A stretch of DNA of 64,000 nucleotides from Phoronis australis (GCA_002633005.1 NMRA01000072.1:578952-642951), one strand, 5' to 3'; shown: positions 1 through 14,785, counted from the first letter of the stretch. Notes: generated by a model not told the origin, from the sequence alone. Made by a program: numbers and translations.

Positions 1-1189
1 ACCTTAAAATATCTTGTTTTGGGTATACCGTTAAGTCTCAGAATGTCCGCAAATTTGTAGTTGAGTATTCTTATGTTGCTTATTACAAAAACTATTCATA
101 ATTTTATTATAAAGCAGTAGTTATAACCTGAAAATTTTATGCTTTACTAATAACACTAAGTAACACCAGGTTGTAAAAGTCTCCAACCATTCACCAGTCT
201 AGCTATCATTGGACAGTTACAGAAAGCTTGTAAGCCAATAGGATCGTGTCATTTGTGACACACCTTTCGACATGTGGTTCTAGAAATAAATCTGGGACCC
301 GATTACCTAGACTTGCAGCTGGCACATGAAGTAATTGTCAATTTCCCTGTCATGCCAAGCTTAGCAATGAGTGCGATTTAATTATTGAATCTACTCATCG
401 TAAAAATTGCATAGTTTTAAGATACAGAAAACATGATAACATACAAAATCAATAGATTACGGAGGGAATATAAGTTACTACATGAAATTACGGAAAAGAC
501 TTCAGAAAGAAAAGTGAACTAAAATTAAGACACTGTCCAATGGTAAGGATATTATTTTCAGTGAAATCGTAGAACGGTGCATCTTACTCATAGCACAACT
601 ATTCATGCTTTCAGTTCAACACAAATTTTTGAATTTACGCTATTGTACCTAGCAATTCCCAAAAGCAACACAGCATAGGCAGAATAACAAAATCTGGCTT
701 TTGAAAATCATGTTGTGTAACTTGCAGTGAAAACGAAAAAAATAATTTAGTCATCCAACACTATTCATCAGTACAACCTGTCACAGTAGGGGCTATCGGA
801 TTTTCATCCAAATATCACTTCATCCAAATATCAAGCAATCTCAAAGGCTCTTACGATAGGGATTTCCCTAATTCAAACAGACCTTTGAGCCAAGTAATCA
901 ACTGGGCCCACCAGACGAGGTCAGTCATGCCATGGTCTGTTCAAGTGAGGTGAGACCAGTTCATAGCTAACCAAGCATGTGCTTGACCCAGCTCCACAGT
1001 TTAAACCTAATCTGAAATTTCACCAGTTTAGGACACAATATGACCGGCAAATGAAGTTTATTTCGTATTTTTTTCATGGGGCATATGCAGCATCAAACTA
1101 GATGACTTTCCATGTTCAACACACGGACCACAAAGATTGACAAATTGTGGCCAGTCACAACGATGTTAGAGGTACATGAAAAAATCAAA

Positions 1190-1455
1190 ATGCACCCATG
1201 AGTGCACGGCAAGTCGCGTCTTCTAGGAGTGTTTATTTGTATCCTAAAATGGCCACTAGATGGTGCAAAATACGTTGAATCCATCCAAAAACGGCAAGAT
1301 GTAATAGTTTCTTTAATAAGAAACTATTTACCACATTTCATAAAAATCCGTCAAGGAACTTCAGAGAAACAGAGGAAAAAAGGAAAAAAATGAATTGGCA
1401 CTAGGCCGGCACAGTATTTGCCGATCCTTTTGAAGTTGTCGTGGGCGCATAAAAA
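1190..1455 (-). mobile_element. Internally deleted HINE copy (CLUH intron)
   Basis: ends GTGGGCGCATAAAAA; contains GGCCACTAGATGGTGC and the family 3' block. Confidence 0.7.
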
Positions 1456-2599
1456 CTAAGGGCAATTAGTTTAGTTCGAAACAGGTCAGATTACACCATA
1501 CCTTGATTAGTGATATATGTAAATCTGGTTGTTACAACACGTTTTGAGCATGACTGTGAATACATGAATGTCATAAATTAGTAAATACAGTGAAAGCTAA
1601 GGATTCACAACTTACAGACACCTATAGTCACCAATACTAGGGTTTTCTATTCAGACCCCTATTCAATAAAGATAATGTGCTCTAGCGGAGATTCAATAAT
1701 TTACTATTTGAAAAGGCTTCTTCACTTATGATTGCGTGAGAAAACTGCGTTTTGTTAATAAGTTGATTAAGTATTGGAATACATCTAAAATTTAACAAAA
1801 ATCCATTCAAGGAAAGCTTTAAATGTGTATTGCCTTCTCTTAACAAAATAGAAACTCGGCCACTTCCCCAACAAAACTGGATTCCAAGTTTTTCATACCA
1901 TTATGGAACTACACAAGTAAAAATATCTGAAATCTTAAGGACGGCAAGCACAAATTTTGAACAATCAACTCAATCACAGATACGCTATCAATTCCAAAAT
2001 AATGTTGAAACCGTTGCTCTTGTGGCAAGAAACATCGGTTAAATTTTGTATTTAAGATTTTTGCAATTTAAGTAGAAAGAAAGTTCCACTTTGGTCTCAC
2101 TATGCGCGAATAAAAAACACTTAGAAAGTAAAACTAGACTTTCAGATGGTTGTTCAGGCAAGTAGCCAGCATTGAGCGAGGGGTGGTTTGAATTTCTAGA
2201 ATGGTGGACTTTTGATATTTTGCAAACGTCAACAGTGTAGAGTTTTCGGTAAGGCCTTTGACGCAGCTTAATTAGGGGGAAGGGAAATCTGTATACACGA
2301 CAATATTCTCAGCTGTTTCTGAGACGAGACGGAACTTGTAATACCAGAAAATGAGAATGTTGTGGAAGTTACTCGCAAAGAACGGGACACAATTCGGATA
2401 CAATGTGGTCCAGCAAAAGGACATTCTCTCGTTACCTCGACTCCTACCAACATTTCAAATCAGGCATGATTGATTGATTACACCTCATTACATGCTCGGA
2501 CGGAAATAGGAATTTTAGTCGGAGAATGACGAAATTGTTTATCTGCTATTTTTGTGCGTTACTGAACTTACTTACATGGCTGGAAATGGGAACAGCCCA

Positions 2600-3510
2600 C
2601 AATTTCGAAGGTTTACTACTCCGAAGGTTCGGTATTCCAAAGGTTCACTACTTCGAAGATTCTCTACTCCTAACGTTCACTGCTCCGAAAATATCTAAAC
2701 TTTCACGCTTAGGTGTAATTTTAATACTTTTACATACAAAAATAAACGATACTTCGGTTATTAGATGAATCTATATCGAAAACAACGCCCTGGTACTAAA
2801 ACAATTTGTTTGGATTTCATGTAGACACTAACCACCGTCTAGCTGGCCAGTACAACTAGAGATGGTGGTCACTGTCTAGAAATTGCCTGCATGTCTTAAC
2901 ACAGAAAATTTGCATTTGCATTTTTAAAAGAAATATTGATGGATTATCAACCACGGTACATTCACCAAATCCATGTCAAGATCGCATCGCCGCACAATTG
3001 AAAAGTTTAAGGCCCCTGCGCCTCAACTTCACCCAAGGAACCTAACGCATGGCCAGGTAGAAACTAAATGCAGTTAGTAGGCCACTCTATCCCTGCCAGT
3101 TTTCACGAAGCCAAGGAGTCCTATTCAGTCTTCTTAAATTTTAAACCACTGTTGGCCTTGACCCCCATTGGCGGCGCAGCAATGAAATAAGTGGGAGCTA
3201 TTAGCTCCTCAGCCCCCTATGGTGTGTGCCACCCATGCCCATGGGCAGCACAGCACCCAAATAAGAGGGGGTCCTAAAGCCCCCTATGGTACGCCGCCCA
3301 TGTACCCAGGCCTCAGATGTTGTCCCTGCATGATTGAGAATGAATCGTGAGCAGACAATCAGAGTACTGAACTGTCAGAGTTCTGGTTTTGGAATTGGGG
3401 GAAATTCGAAGTAGCGAATTTTCGAAGGTGGCGAACCTTTGGAGACATAGTGAGCCTTCAGAGTAGTGGACCTTCAGAGTAGTGGACCTTCAGAGTAGTG
3501 GACCTTCGGC
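2600..3510. mobile_element. TIR element with inverted subterminal arrays of a ~16-bp unit
   Basis: left (CGAAGGTTCACTACT-like)n at 2605-2700; right (AGTAGTGGACCTTCAG)3+ at 3405-3508 in the opposite orientation. Confidence 0.55.
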
Positions 3511-3916
3511 ATACATGTAATGACATGTAACCTTGGAAATATTTTCCATCAAGTTTGTTGCTCGTATAAAGTCTGCGTGGCTGTGCACCATGAACACTGA
3601 TTAACAAGATAAGACTTTATTCACTGAACAAAGTTGAGATCTAGGCCTTCTTTTCCCTAATGAGGTGAAAATGCTTGACAGGGTTTTCTCAGAGCAAGAA
3701 AACAGGGTAGTTGAATGTCAGGTTTTTGAGCACGACAGAGGACTGCCTACAGTGAACTTACAGTCAGCATGTACTGAATTTAAAAGAACGGAAACGCACA
3801 CATGTGTACACGCATGCATGTCAATCCACCAATCCACAATCAAAGTGAAAACTGGATGAACAACATATTTACGTATTTGACGATCACTTTCGATTCAAAA
3901 TTTGAAAATGCCTGCC

Positions 3917-4063
3917 CTCTACCGTACTATGCTAGCAATTAAACCAAAATAGCAGAAATAACAACTCTCAAATTTCCGCTGTTTTGTTTCTCTACCGTAC
4001 TATGCTAGCAATTAAACCAAAATAGCAGAAACAACAACTCTCAAATTTCCGTTGTTTTGTTTC
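3917..4063 (+). repeat. 73-bp direct tandem duplication
   Basis: CTCTACCGTACTATGCTAGCAATTAAACC...GTTTTGTTTC x2. Confidence 0.85.
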
Positions 4064-5509
4064 TTGGCTGATTTTAAGGCATTCACACCGTACTACTTTT
4101 TGGAAGCTCTCTCGTTGCTATATAGTATACTTAGGTAATAGGGCTAGACATCTGTGCCTACAGTAGGTATACTACATTCACTTTTAGATTCCCTTGTTAC
4201 CCTTTGGTGTCGCCACCACGCGTGTTCAATGCTAATCAAGCCTCTTCTCCTGTCACCTACGCAAACACCACTCGGGCGAAGTTGGCCGGGTACGGCCCGA
4301 TGCCATGTGAAGCACTTTGAATTAGAAGCAATTTTAAAATAATTACTACCTCATACCATTGTAGTTAGCAGTACTAGAAGCTGTAACAATTTTGTTGTTG
4401 TTGTTGCTGCCCATCCATATCCTTATATAAAAATATCTTTAACGGATATGCTGGGGCTGGACCTTTTCCGCAGTGGGGGGGTTTGATCAAACCCTCCGAA
4501 CCCCCCTTGGCTACAGGCCTGTTGTTTCACCAACCATTTTTCTTTTCTTGCATTTTGACAAAAGAAAATGATCGTCGTAACAGCATGCTTCAGCATAATG
4601 TCCTTGCTTCACGTTCCAAGTTGAAGACAGAGAACAAATCGGGGTTTTTCTTTGAAAACATGTTTCACTGATTAACAGATAAAATCAGTAGGAAACTTCA
4701 AAGCAGGACCTGGGTCACTCAGGACATGACCTTTGTTCAATTTTTTCAAATTTCGACTTCTTGTCTGAACCCTACAATTTCAACCAGTGCGAATAACAGA
4801 TGTCCCTCAAAAACATAAATTCAGGAAGGATTTCCTAGGCAACTAATTTCAAAACAGCAGGAATAAACTGTGCAGTGTCAAAACACCTCCAGAAAGGTTA
4901 AATACCCTTCAGCAGTTATCAGTCAAGGTTTTAGCTACATTGTATTATCATATGCATAGGAATCAAATAGGGGTCTGGAATTAACTCTAGAGACTCTGTG
5001 GCCACAGACAGGACAGGGGAGTGTTGATGCAGTTATGATAGCAGTACCAAGAAGAGAAGCTGTCCAGTCCATGCAATGACTGAAGAGTAGAACATTTTTC
5101 TAGTTAATTAAAGCTGTAATGGGGACTACTGATTTACAGATGTCAGGAGTGTAAATATTGGCTCAATTAAAGACCACATAACAGCACAACTGGTTGAGTT
5201 GATCAAGCTCTCACACCATAACAAATGCTAGTCTTCCTGGGGTTGAGAAATCTCCACTGTATTTGTGATGCTAGTACAAACTTGTATGGACCGATTAGAA
5301 TAATATAATGTTAAAAACAACAGCAATGCTATTTTATGCTAAGTGTCCCAACGAAATAATATGCACACACAAAACCTCACTCTCAAATTCCATCTGAAAC
5401 AATGACCAATCTGATATGTTCACTATAATATAGGTTTCCAAAAGTTTGTAGCTTGGACATAGGGGTCCTTAAATACAAACAAGGATTAGAAACTCACATG
5501 TATAAACCA

Positions 5510-5925
5510 CGATGTACTCGGGCACAGATTAACGACACGTCTCATTAAAACCATGAATATTAAAATTTGTAGGAAGCTGTGTGTACAAGAATAATCAAGA
5601 AAAGGAACAATTTGTAAATAAATTGCAGCTTTAAAGAAAATGCAACTGATAAACTTAAAAACAAGTGCGAATATATAAACAACACTAGTAATTCCAAATA
5701 TTACGCAATCGTTATTTGATACTGAAAAAATAATAGTAAAAACTGAGCCTTGTTTCATTAGGGTATAAATGAAATATTACCATAGTCATTTGCATAAAAA
5801 CAGACTCTCAAAACAAAATTTTTGCGAGGTTGTAGTGGTAATTGGTTCTCCGATGGTTTTCGGCACACTGAGAATGTTTGTAAATTACCACTTCATTTGC
5901 ATAGTCACAATTTAATGAGATAATG
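5510..5925. mobile_element. Copy of the 35490-35906 element family, opposite orientation
   Basis: reverse-complement similarity, e.g. TTTGTAAATTACCACTTCATTTGCATA vs TATGCCAATGAAGTACTAGTTTACAAA. Confidence 0.6.
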
Positions 5926-6225
5926 CAACTTCAATAGCCACAAAAGTAGAACAGAAAATGACAAAAATAATATTAAGTTCGATTTAGAGAACAAAGATTA
6001 GACCTTGGCCTCAAGTTTGTGTAGTCGCAACATAGAATAAGTTCAATTTCATCTTACATGGATTAAATCTCTCGTCCAGGCTTCATCTCACAAATATAAG
6101 TTTACAATCGGTAATTTCTCACAACAAACCAATGGTCAAGAGAATACAACTCGTGCATTTGATATATTATAAATGCCAATTCAAGGCAAATTAGAAGACA
6201 GATTTCAAAACAATGAAAAGCTCAC

Positions 6226-6482
6226 CTGAAGATCAAAAGGTTCAAGACCTGGAGACACAATCTTGACCGTGAAAGTTGTATCCATGACAAAGATGTTTTC
6301 AGCATCGCCATCTCCGGGTTTCTCAACAACACTGCTTCCTAGTTTTGTTGCATTCTCTGCTTCGTGGGAGGAAGCGCCGTTAGCAGGCTCCCCCGGGGTA
6401 CTGGGACCACTACCATCAGATGTCGATTCAGAGTCTGTTCCATTCATACCGTCCTCCAGGTGTTCATCGCATACGCCACACT
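6226..6482 (-). CDS. CLUH: CLUH coding exon 2
   Basis: AG/GT bounded, 257 nt, acidic linker followed by the CLU_N motif. Confidence 0.88.
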
Positions 6483-9400
6483 CTGCAACATCAAAGTGAA
6501 TATATAGAATCTTCTCTGAAACATTAAGAAATGCAACAACTACATGTGCACTTTTCACATCAAAGCAAAACCATGTGGCAAGAATGCACAATAGAATTGT
6601 GCTACAAATGATCATAAAAATCCCATGTTTTTGAGGTTGTAATTAAATTTCAGCACAGCTTGTCTATTGGTATCATATTAGTGAACTATGGTAATAATCC
6701 ACTTATTTCTGCACAAAAAGAAAAAAAATAAATAGACTTTCCTGATAGTCAGGGTGTGCCGAATTAGGCCACTGGGATGAAACGATGTGAATACTGTTAA
6801 AAATTTGCAAAAAGTGTTAGAATCAACACAGACAATATCAATAAAACTGATAACCAGAAGATAAGTATTGACCTTGCGACACTCCAGAAGTTTTTTTACC
6901 ACTCGAGACATTTTTCACCACTTGTAATTTGCAAAGCGTTCACTTTCTGAGGCTTAAAATGTTTCAACTCCAAGACGGTTCAACATGTCTATGAGCTTGA
7001 CCCTGGCCACAGTACGGCAAAATCACACTAATTTATGACACCATACGCTGAATACATACGTGGAATTCATTCTTATAATGAAGAACGGTAGTTCAAACAA
7101 ACTGTTTACTACTTTCAAAGTCTAAAATGTCACTTCCATCAGACGTTGAACAATGAACAATGAAAACTAACAATTTCGTCAATTCCTTTTGTCCTAATTT
7201 GTTAAGTTTCACCCTACAATCACTGAGCTAGAAATGTTCACTAGGTTAATTGCAGAATTTGAACTATTTCTTCTGACAACTGCAAAATTAACACAAATCA
7301 AAACTTGCCACTGAAAAACATGTACTCCGACATAACAGCGGCTCCAGTTAAGAGCCCGCGATACATACGGACATAACAGCGGCTCCAGTTATGAATCCGA
7401 GATACAAACGGACAATTTCCCTTCAAGGAAATAATTTTTCTAATAGTAATAAAAAAGTCCTATTGAGGTTAGAAAGAAATCAGATTGCCCAGAAGCAAAG
7501 ATTTGACGTCAAGTCCACTGAATCTTAACAAATGCCAATTGTGTTAAATACTACTTCTACCCTATATCTTATTATTGCTTCTGACAACCATTAGAGCCAT
7601 CCACTATTTTCCCAATCAATAGATAGCAGACATATTGCTGGTCATCACTTTGAAAGATAATAGAATCGCTCTCTCCAACCATTATAATTACGATGTGCAC
7701 CAAATAGTTCAGTGAATAAGATTTCAGTTCTGCAATTCACTAAACCTATTGGTGCATATTCTTAAATAATGAAGCAGATGATATATTTTGTGACCGATCT
7801 CTTCACTGACTACCACCATACACTCCATAATATCAAGTGTTCAAATTCTTTTTTCAAAGCAAAGCAAAGCCTGTCTTAAAATTCAGTGCTCAGTCATGTT
7901 CAATCCAGGTACAAACCTAAGCCCTTCTTATCAGCAGACACTGATTGTCCAAGAACTTCTGATAAGTTCTGTTTTCTGATACCACCATTCCTACCTTAAT
8001 GAATAAAATCTTTCTTTGTCTGCTTAAAAGCGGCTTAGAATTTAGGACTAATAACAAGTTAAATGTCACAGGATCTACCCATTGACATCACACAGGGACT
8101 CAGATATGTCCAAAGGATGACATCATCAGAATATCTGTTAATAGCTCTTTCTTGAACACCAGCAAAATGTCAGCACAATCTTAGAACACCAGGTAAGAAG
8201 ACTCCATGTCGAGTTCAAATTCCGTGCTTATTTTAAATTAGCCACTTAGGCACAAAGCGTCCAGCTGAGACCAATAATATTTGATATTTATTTCATTTAT
8301 TATTATAGCGTCTAGCCCTGAACATTAGCCAAAAGGTTGAAAAACAGTGGAACAATACCAACCACAATGGGACAAAACATACTGCATGACCTCTCTATTG
8401 ATGCTATGTCAACAGTCGCAAGCAAGCTATAGCTATGAATTCAGGCACTAACCCCCAGAAAAATCTCTTTTGTAACACTACCAAGTACAGCAAGGAAAAC
8501 AGTTGTATTCAAATCTTATGGAAAAAGACAAAGTTGTCAAAATATCCAATGGACAACAAAGTTAAAGGTGCTTTATAAATATAAAACAAACCACCTTATA
8601 AAATAGACTTTAGAAACACTCTATGAGTATTCAAATACAAAGAAATAAGCAACCCAGATTTACCGATTGACAATAGCACAAGAGCAAGAAATTTGGGATG
8701 TATCTAGGGTGCACATTAATATTAGATAGCTTAGCACAGGGGTTAAGACTGTGGACTCTAACTTGTGAGGTGGAGTTCCAATCCTGTGTTCGCTGGCACA
8801 CTATAAACAGTGCATCATCTCTTTCCTACCTCAGCATGCATTACGGAAAATAGCACTACTGAGCTTCCCCGAACTGTAAATGACAAAAAGCTCAACGAAC
8901 AACTTAATGCTTGGTTTTTTTAGAAAAATGTCCCCTTACAGAGGTCCCGGATTTTGCGAAGCAGTTTGACGCCCGTTATTCAATGGAAAAAGCCGGTTCT
9001 CAAAATGCAGAACCCCTGTAAGTGACTTACTGAAAAATGAGTGGAGACAGTTTAAATAAGGCATGATTGTATAAAATATTTTCCATCAAATGACACAATT
9101 GTCTTCAGAAACATAATACCATTTCGTATTTAATCTTGAAGAGACATAAATTTTCTGGTTACATAGGACCCTAGAAAAATGTCCAAATATGACTAAGTTC
9201 AGATGATCGAATCTAAGAAATGGCTCACCAGATTCAGATGAAACTTTCAGATTCCATGCACTATGCGCTGTTTTAAAAATTTTCCACTTTTGCATGATGG
9301 GAACCAAAAATAGGTGATGATTTAGAAAACTGTAACAGTGTTTTTGACACCTAGCTTGGAGATTTATATACAGAAATTTGATCAACTTATTAATACTGTT

Positions 9401-12400
9401 GTTTTGCAATCAATACATGTTTCTTGTTTGCCAAATTTTTCTAAAAAAAACATGGTCACATTATCCAATTAAAACAAATTTTACAGGTTTTCTACTGTCA
9501 GAAATATAAGCTTTAACTGGATTAGAATCTATATATTTTAGATATTTGTCTAAATACTCAGACTGGTCAAAAGACAACACAACTGTAAGACCAATTCATG
9601 TTTTTAACAATAACCTAGTTAGCAACTGGCCTGTAAAATGTCTACCAAGACCATGACACACAGCTCCCAGATAATTTCACAGCATTATTATCAGATTAAG
9701 TAGTGGACACAAGATAATCTAGAAATCACAGCTATATCACAGCTGTCCAAGATGATGATAACTCAATGTGGACAAGATAATTAATGTAATGGTCAGTGAC
9801 AAGTGTTGAAAAGATTCCCTAACACACCTAATCTGGTGTTTACAGTGACACACTTTGTGGGTTCAGAGGACACAAGAAGGTCAAGTGAAACACGTGGTAG
9901 AACACAGAAAGTGTTGCACGAAAACGAACCAATCAAGACTCCAAGCATTTAAGTTTCATTCAGCATTATTGAGCAACAACTAAAAAGGTCAAAAAAGCAT
10001 AGCTAGCTCTGGTCCATTTTTTTGAAGTTTGGCATATGGTACAGGCACATGGTACAAAGGAATAAAATGAAAATCTGAAGACCTTAAATTTTGAGTGGGC
10101 TAGGGAGTAGGGGTTCAGCGATATGGCTCATTTTTACATCAGGACTCCAGTTATCATTATGTCCCATAAAACAGATCAAAAGTTTAGTGTATACTTGTAG
10201 AATAACTGCATTATTATCTTCAACAGAGTTTCTTTGGACTGCTGTGCTGCAAAATTGGTTTTTGTTTAGTTGCTGAAGCCTTTTAAAACCTTCTGAGTTA
10301 TGTAATAAGTCTTAGCTGAAGATGCATTAGCTTTGAAAAATATTTACAAAGGCACAAACCACTGATGATCTACCATGAATAGACCCACCATCTGTGAATA
10401 GACCTTTCCCAGCTGAAATATGTTTAACTTTATTACTAGGTACTCTATACCAAATTTCAAACCAAATCTGTTTTCAAATTAACTCAGTTTCATCACTGAT
10501 AGACAAACACCAACCGAACACACTAATACTCATTGCCTGTTTCTGAGAACTCTGCATTTTCATAGGCCAGAGGAATAGGACCATTGTACGACTTCGCACA
10601 GGTACTAGCAAAATGCAAAACAGTTTGGAGCCAGCTCACAAATGGTCACCCAGTGATTTCCTGGAAAAGGTTGTAGGTCGACAAATCTGTGATTTTTCTC
10701 AGCTCGACTGAGTTTAATTGGCCTGTCCCACTGCCATCTAAATAGGGGATTTGGGAGTCATACAACCAAAAACAAAACCAAGGGCGTGTTTCTGTTGACG
10801 GAAGGTACTCGTGACCTTGGCTAGAGTGTGATCACATGCTTTGCTTGAAACGCATGATAACTTGCGAAGACTAGGTTGATCACACTTTTCTCATGCGAAA
10901 CTTGTTCAACGGAACACAGCCAGAGCACCTAGCTGTGTGTGACTAAATATCAAAACACAGCTAGTGAACAATGTGGGTAAAATTTTTTTAATCTAAGCAA
11001 AGGTTGCTTTTTCAGTTTGCCACAACTCTGTACTTGCAGTCATCTCGCAACGCACCCGCTTTTGTAACAAAGTCAGAAGTCGATGTCAAACAGTACACTT
11101 GTGACGCACACGCACGCACGCACACACACACACACGCTATTTAATTGATTCTTGGTGTGGTAAAGTGACATGTTTTAAGGAATGTTAACAACTTCTATCA
11201 AAACAAAATTTTCTCACAATTTTGGTTGCTGGTAATGGAATACTCAAAACCATGAAGTGAAACCACTTCTACCAATTTGTTGTGAACTGTGCTCTATTAC
11301 ATTGCCTTCAAAGCTGAATGCATGTCATCATTCCAAAAAATTTACTGCACAGAATAATGGAACAGCCCCATTTTCATGTTACTAACCAAATTTACTGAAA
11401 TGATGAGCGTAGCTTTCAATAACAATAGTTTTAGCAGATTATGTTTTCTTCACTTTTTACCCAGCTTGTTCCAAAGCTGAATATTCATATATCTTTACAG
11501 CTTCGTTCCAACCCTATACTGAATGTAGCTCAGCTCCATGAACACCCACTACAATAGATCAGGCTGCATGCAGTGCTGTAGACCGACAAATTAAATTTTC
11601 TGAGATATTTCCAGTAGGCAACTTATTAAGAGAGGCCTTCATGTATATACCGACTGTACTACACTCACTGTTGATTGACCATGCACTCTTCACAAGCAAA
11701 TGGTAAACTTAACATCAGGTCAATCCTCTCTGCATATGCCGCTTTTTCACAGGAGACGGTGTGGTACGTCCCTCTCTTTATCTGTCGTGAGTACACACTG
11801 TCACTGGTGTGCATGGGTGGCAGTATAGTGAAAAATCGCCAACTTTTGAGCCTGGTACCTGTCACTTGAAAGTCAGGTGTGACCTTCACCAGTCAACGAG
11901 CAATTGCCCGCAGGCGAGTGATAAGAGGCCAAGAGAGGCCTTTACTAGAGGATTTACTTTGTTACACTACAGATCCCCCACAAACATTACCCACGGCCAA
12001 CCAAAACAGCCTGGACTCAAGAAACAATTCCATTACCAAAATTACACTACAACCCAATGAACTCTAGTCTAAATAAGCAACTGACAGAGGCAGTGAACCA
12101 GCACTAGCAACCAAAACTTCATCAAACCCAAGGCCAAGGTCACACTTCCCAAAAATCCGATTCTGTTAACACGCAACTTGTGACGATATAAGTGCTGAAG
12201 CAAAGGTAATGCATATTGTTATTAGTGCATCAATCGTGAGCTATGAACAGGACATTTGGCAGCTTGGCTGAAACGAAGGTAAAGGACTTCAGCGATCAAG
12301 TCCCAGAAGCAGCCCTGTTCATAGGCTTCGACTGGTGAAGTAGGACTAGGGTTCAAGGACAAGGTGAACAGACACACGTGGTGGGTTATTCAAAAAGAAA

Positions 12401-12519
12401 CGTTTACCATCATTTTCTTTCAAGGGTGCGAGTTCTGAAGACGCTTTTAACTTCTCTGATGCATTAAGCAGCGCAGATGAGCTCTCACACCGCTCGTCAT
12501 CGTCCCTGACGCCTGCCAT
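6226..12519 (-). CDS. CLUH: Clustered mitochondria protein homolog, 5' part (coding exons 12408-12519 and 6226-6482; gene continues beyond position 1)
   Basis: Exon 2 ends DTTFTVKIVSPGLEPFDLQ|gtgag, matching the CLU N-terminal TxFxVKIxxPGxEPFxLQVS motif. Exon 1 (MAGVRDD...KEND G|gtaaac) has a phase-1 donor that joins the phase-1 acceptor tgcag|AG of exon 2 to form GAG. Confidence 0.85.
7330..7414 (+). repeat. ~42-bp direct duplication
   Basis: GACATAACAGCGGCTCCAGTTA x2. Confidence 0.75.
8725..8830 (+). mobile_element. tRNA-derived SINE head (related copy at ~43920-44015)
   Basis: degenerate A box (TAGCACAGGGG) and B box (GAGTTCCAATCC); shared downstream CCTGTGTTC..ACTAT..TGCAT. Confidence 0.5.
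11105..11136 (+). repeat. (GCAC)n/(AC)n microsatellite
   Basis: cgcacacgcacgcacgcacacacacacacacg. Confidence 0.8.
12408..12519 (-). CDS. CLUH: CLUH coding exon 1 (putative)
   Basis: ATG at 12519, 112 nt, GT donor, phase compatible with exon 2. Confidence 0.7.
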
Positions 12520-14534
12520 GAGAGAAAGTTCAGCAGCGAATCCGTTCGAAAGCCCAACACGTGTGGTGTTGGTTGAGTACTCTCGAACCAACCGGCTGAT
12601 GAAACTTTACATTTACGTAAACTGTGGTACAAGAATATACTTCTTAAAAAGTATTCATATATCATTATAAGATGCTTATTTTAGCACATTGTAGTCAATG
12701 AAAGTATTTTAAAAGATTTTTAACTCAGAAAATTTGCTTAAATATCTCATTTATTGGCACTAAAAGATCATAAATCAAAAAGTGTTTATTTTGAGATTAA
12801 CTTAATGGCCGCCTCCTCGAGCGCAGGATTCTAGTAAGGGGAAAACCATTGTTGTCATGAAGTAAGTTAAGATAAGATTAACAGATAGATTGATAGCTTT
12901 ACAGTTGCAAAAACATGTTACAGTAATATTTAGAAACTAAACTAGCAATTGGTGCTAAAAAACGCTGTTCTACCGTTACGTTGGCTTTTCATTCAGTGCC
13001 ACAGCACTACCTGACTACCGTACATGAACTCGCACTCTACACATAGGGTACCTAATTATCGGACGGAACCTAAATATCGGACATTTCATAGAATCTTACT
13101 TGAAGCATAATCTGAGAATTAAATGACACCAATTTTTGTTCCGTTGTAATGCATTCAATGTCCGGCACCGTCTCGTTTTTTACAGCGTTGCCTCGTTTTG
13201 ATTTCACCGAGAGAGGGTGCAATTTAGACCCCCAAGTCGGCCTAAAATGGACGATCGCATAAATCGGTTATAAAAGTTGAAAATAAAATCTTTTTCNNNN
13301 NNNNNNNNNNNNNNNNNNNNNNNNNNNNNNNNNNNNNNNNNNNNNNNNNNNNNNNNNNNNNNNNNNNNNNNNNNNNNNNNNNNNNNNNNNNNNNNNNNNN
13401 NNNNNNNNNNNNNNNNNNNNNNNNNNNNNNNNNNNNNNNNNNNNNNNNNNNNNNNNNNNNNNNNNNNNNNNNNNNNNNNNNNNNNNNNNNNNNNNNNNNN
13501 NNNNNNNNNNNNNNNNNNNNNNNNNNNNNNNNNNNNNNNNNNNNNNNNNNNNNNNNNNNNNNNNNNNNNNNNNNNNNNNNNNNNNNNNNNNNNNNNNNNN
13601 NNNNNNNNNNNNNNNNNNNNNNNNNNNNNNNNNNNNNNNNNNNNNNNNNNNNNNNNNNNNNNNNNNNNNNNNNNNNNNNNNNNNNNNNNNNNNNNNNNNN
13701 NNNNNNNNNNNNNNNNNNNNNNNNNNNNNNNNNNNNNNNNNNNNNNNNNNNNNNNNNNNNNNNNNNNNNNNNNNNNNNNNNNNNNNNNNNNNNNNNNNNN
13801 NNNNNNNNNNNNNNNNNNNNNNNNNNNNNNNNNNNNNNNNNNNNNNNNNNNNNNNNNNNNNNNNNNNNNNNNNNNNNNNNNNNNNNNNNNNNNNNNNNNN
13901 NNNNNNNNNNNNNNNNNNNNNNNNNNNNNNNNNNNNNNNNNNNNNNNNNNNNNNNNNNNNNNNNNNNNNNNNNNNNNNNNNNNNNNNNNNNNNNNNNNNN
14001 NNNNNNNNNNNNNNNNNNNNNNNNNNNNNNNNNNNNNNNNNNNNNNNNNNNNNNNNNNNNNNNNNNNNNNNNNNNNNNNNNNNNNNNNNNNNNNNNNNNN
14101 NNNNNNNNNTTTTTTTACCATGAATATAGTTTTTACAAAACAATTCAGAGGTTCGTCTAGATTGTTATATATCTCAGCCTGGCCTATATCTTTCAGGTAA
14201 CCTTTGTTGGAAAATGCTGTGGACCAAACCAGTTGTTATTTTCTTCATCATTTTTTCTTATAATTTCATTCCTATTTGTCAGTTTACTATAATACATATC
14301 ATCATGTCTCAGCTCGCATTTCTGTCTCATCAGACTAGCTCTTGGTCCAGATCCTTCTTCTGTCCTGCTTCTACCGATTCTACTTGCAGTCAGCAAGTGA
14401 GTTTGGCTCAATACCCACTACGATGAAGATGAGGCTGTGCGCACCTTTCAGGTGATGGACGATTTTGGTCAAGAGGACCTCGAAGTGCTGGAGTGCTCCA
14501 TATTGTGTATTGGTATTCCACTAACTTAACAGCC

Positions 14535-14785
14535 CCCTTCCTGGAGGATGCCACAACTCTGTGAAGTACTCCACTGACTTAGTGAAAGTGTTTGGCCCCC
14601 CTTCCTTGAGGATGACATAAGTCTGTAAGGCACTCCACTGATTTTCGATAGTCAGTGAAAGGGTTTGGCCCCTTGAAGAGGCCACAAGTCTGTGTAAGGA
14701 ACTCCACTGACTGTCTGTTTACTTGCAGATACTCACTGTCAATAATCAGTGAAAAGGTTTGACCTTCCTTCCTTGAGGATGCCTT
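14535..14785 (+). repeat. Degenerate ~65-70-bp tandem repeat
   Basis: ACTCCACTGA...AGTGAAA..GTTTGGCCCC..TTGAGGATG recurs 3-4 times. Confidence 0.6.

Noticed and set aside
8725-8800. Functional tRNA gene
   Set aside because: No intact cloverleaf or acceptor stem, and a diverged relative shares downstream sequence, indicating a SINE.
13204-14200. Long ORFs of 291-307 aa
   Set aside because: They consist almost entirely of N-gap positions.
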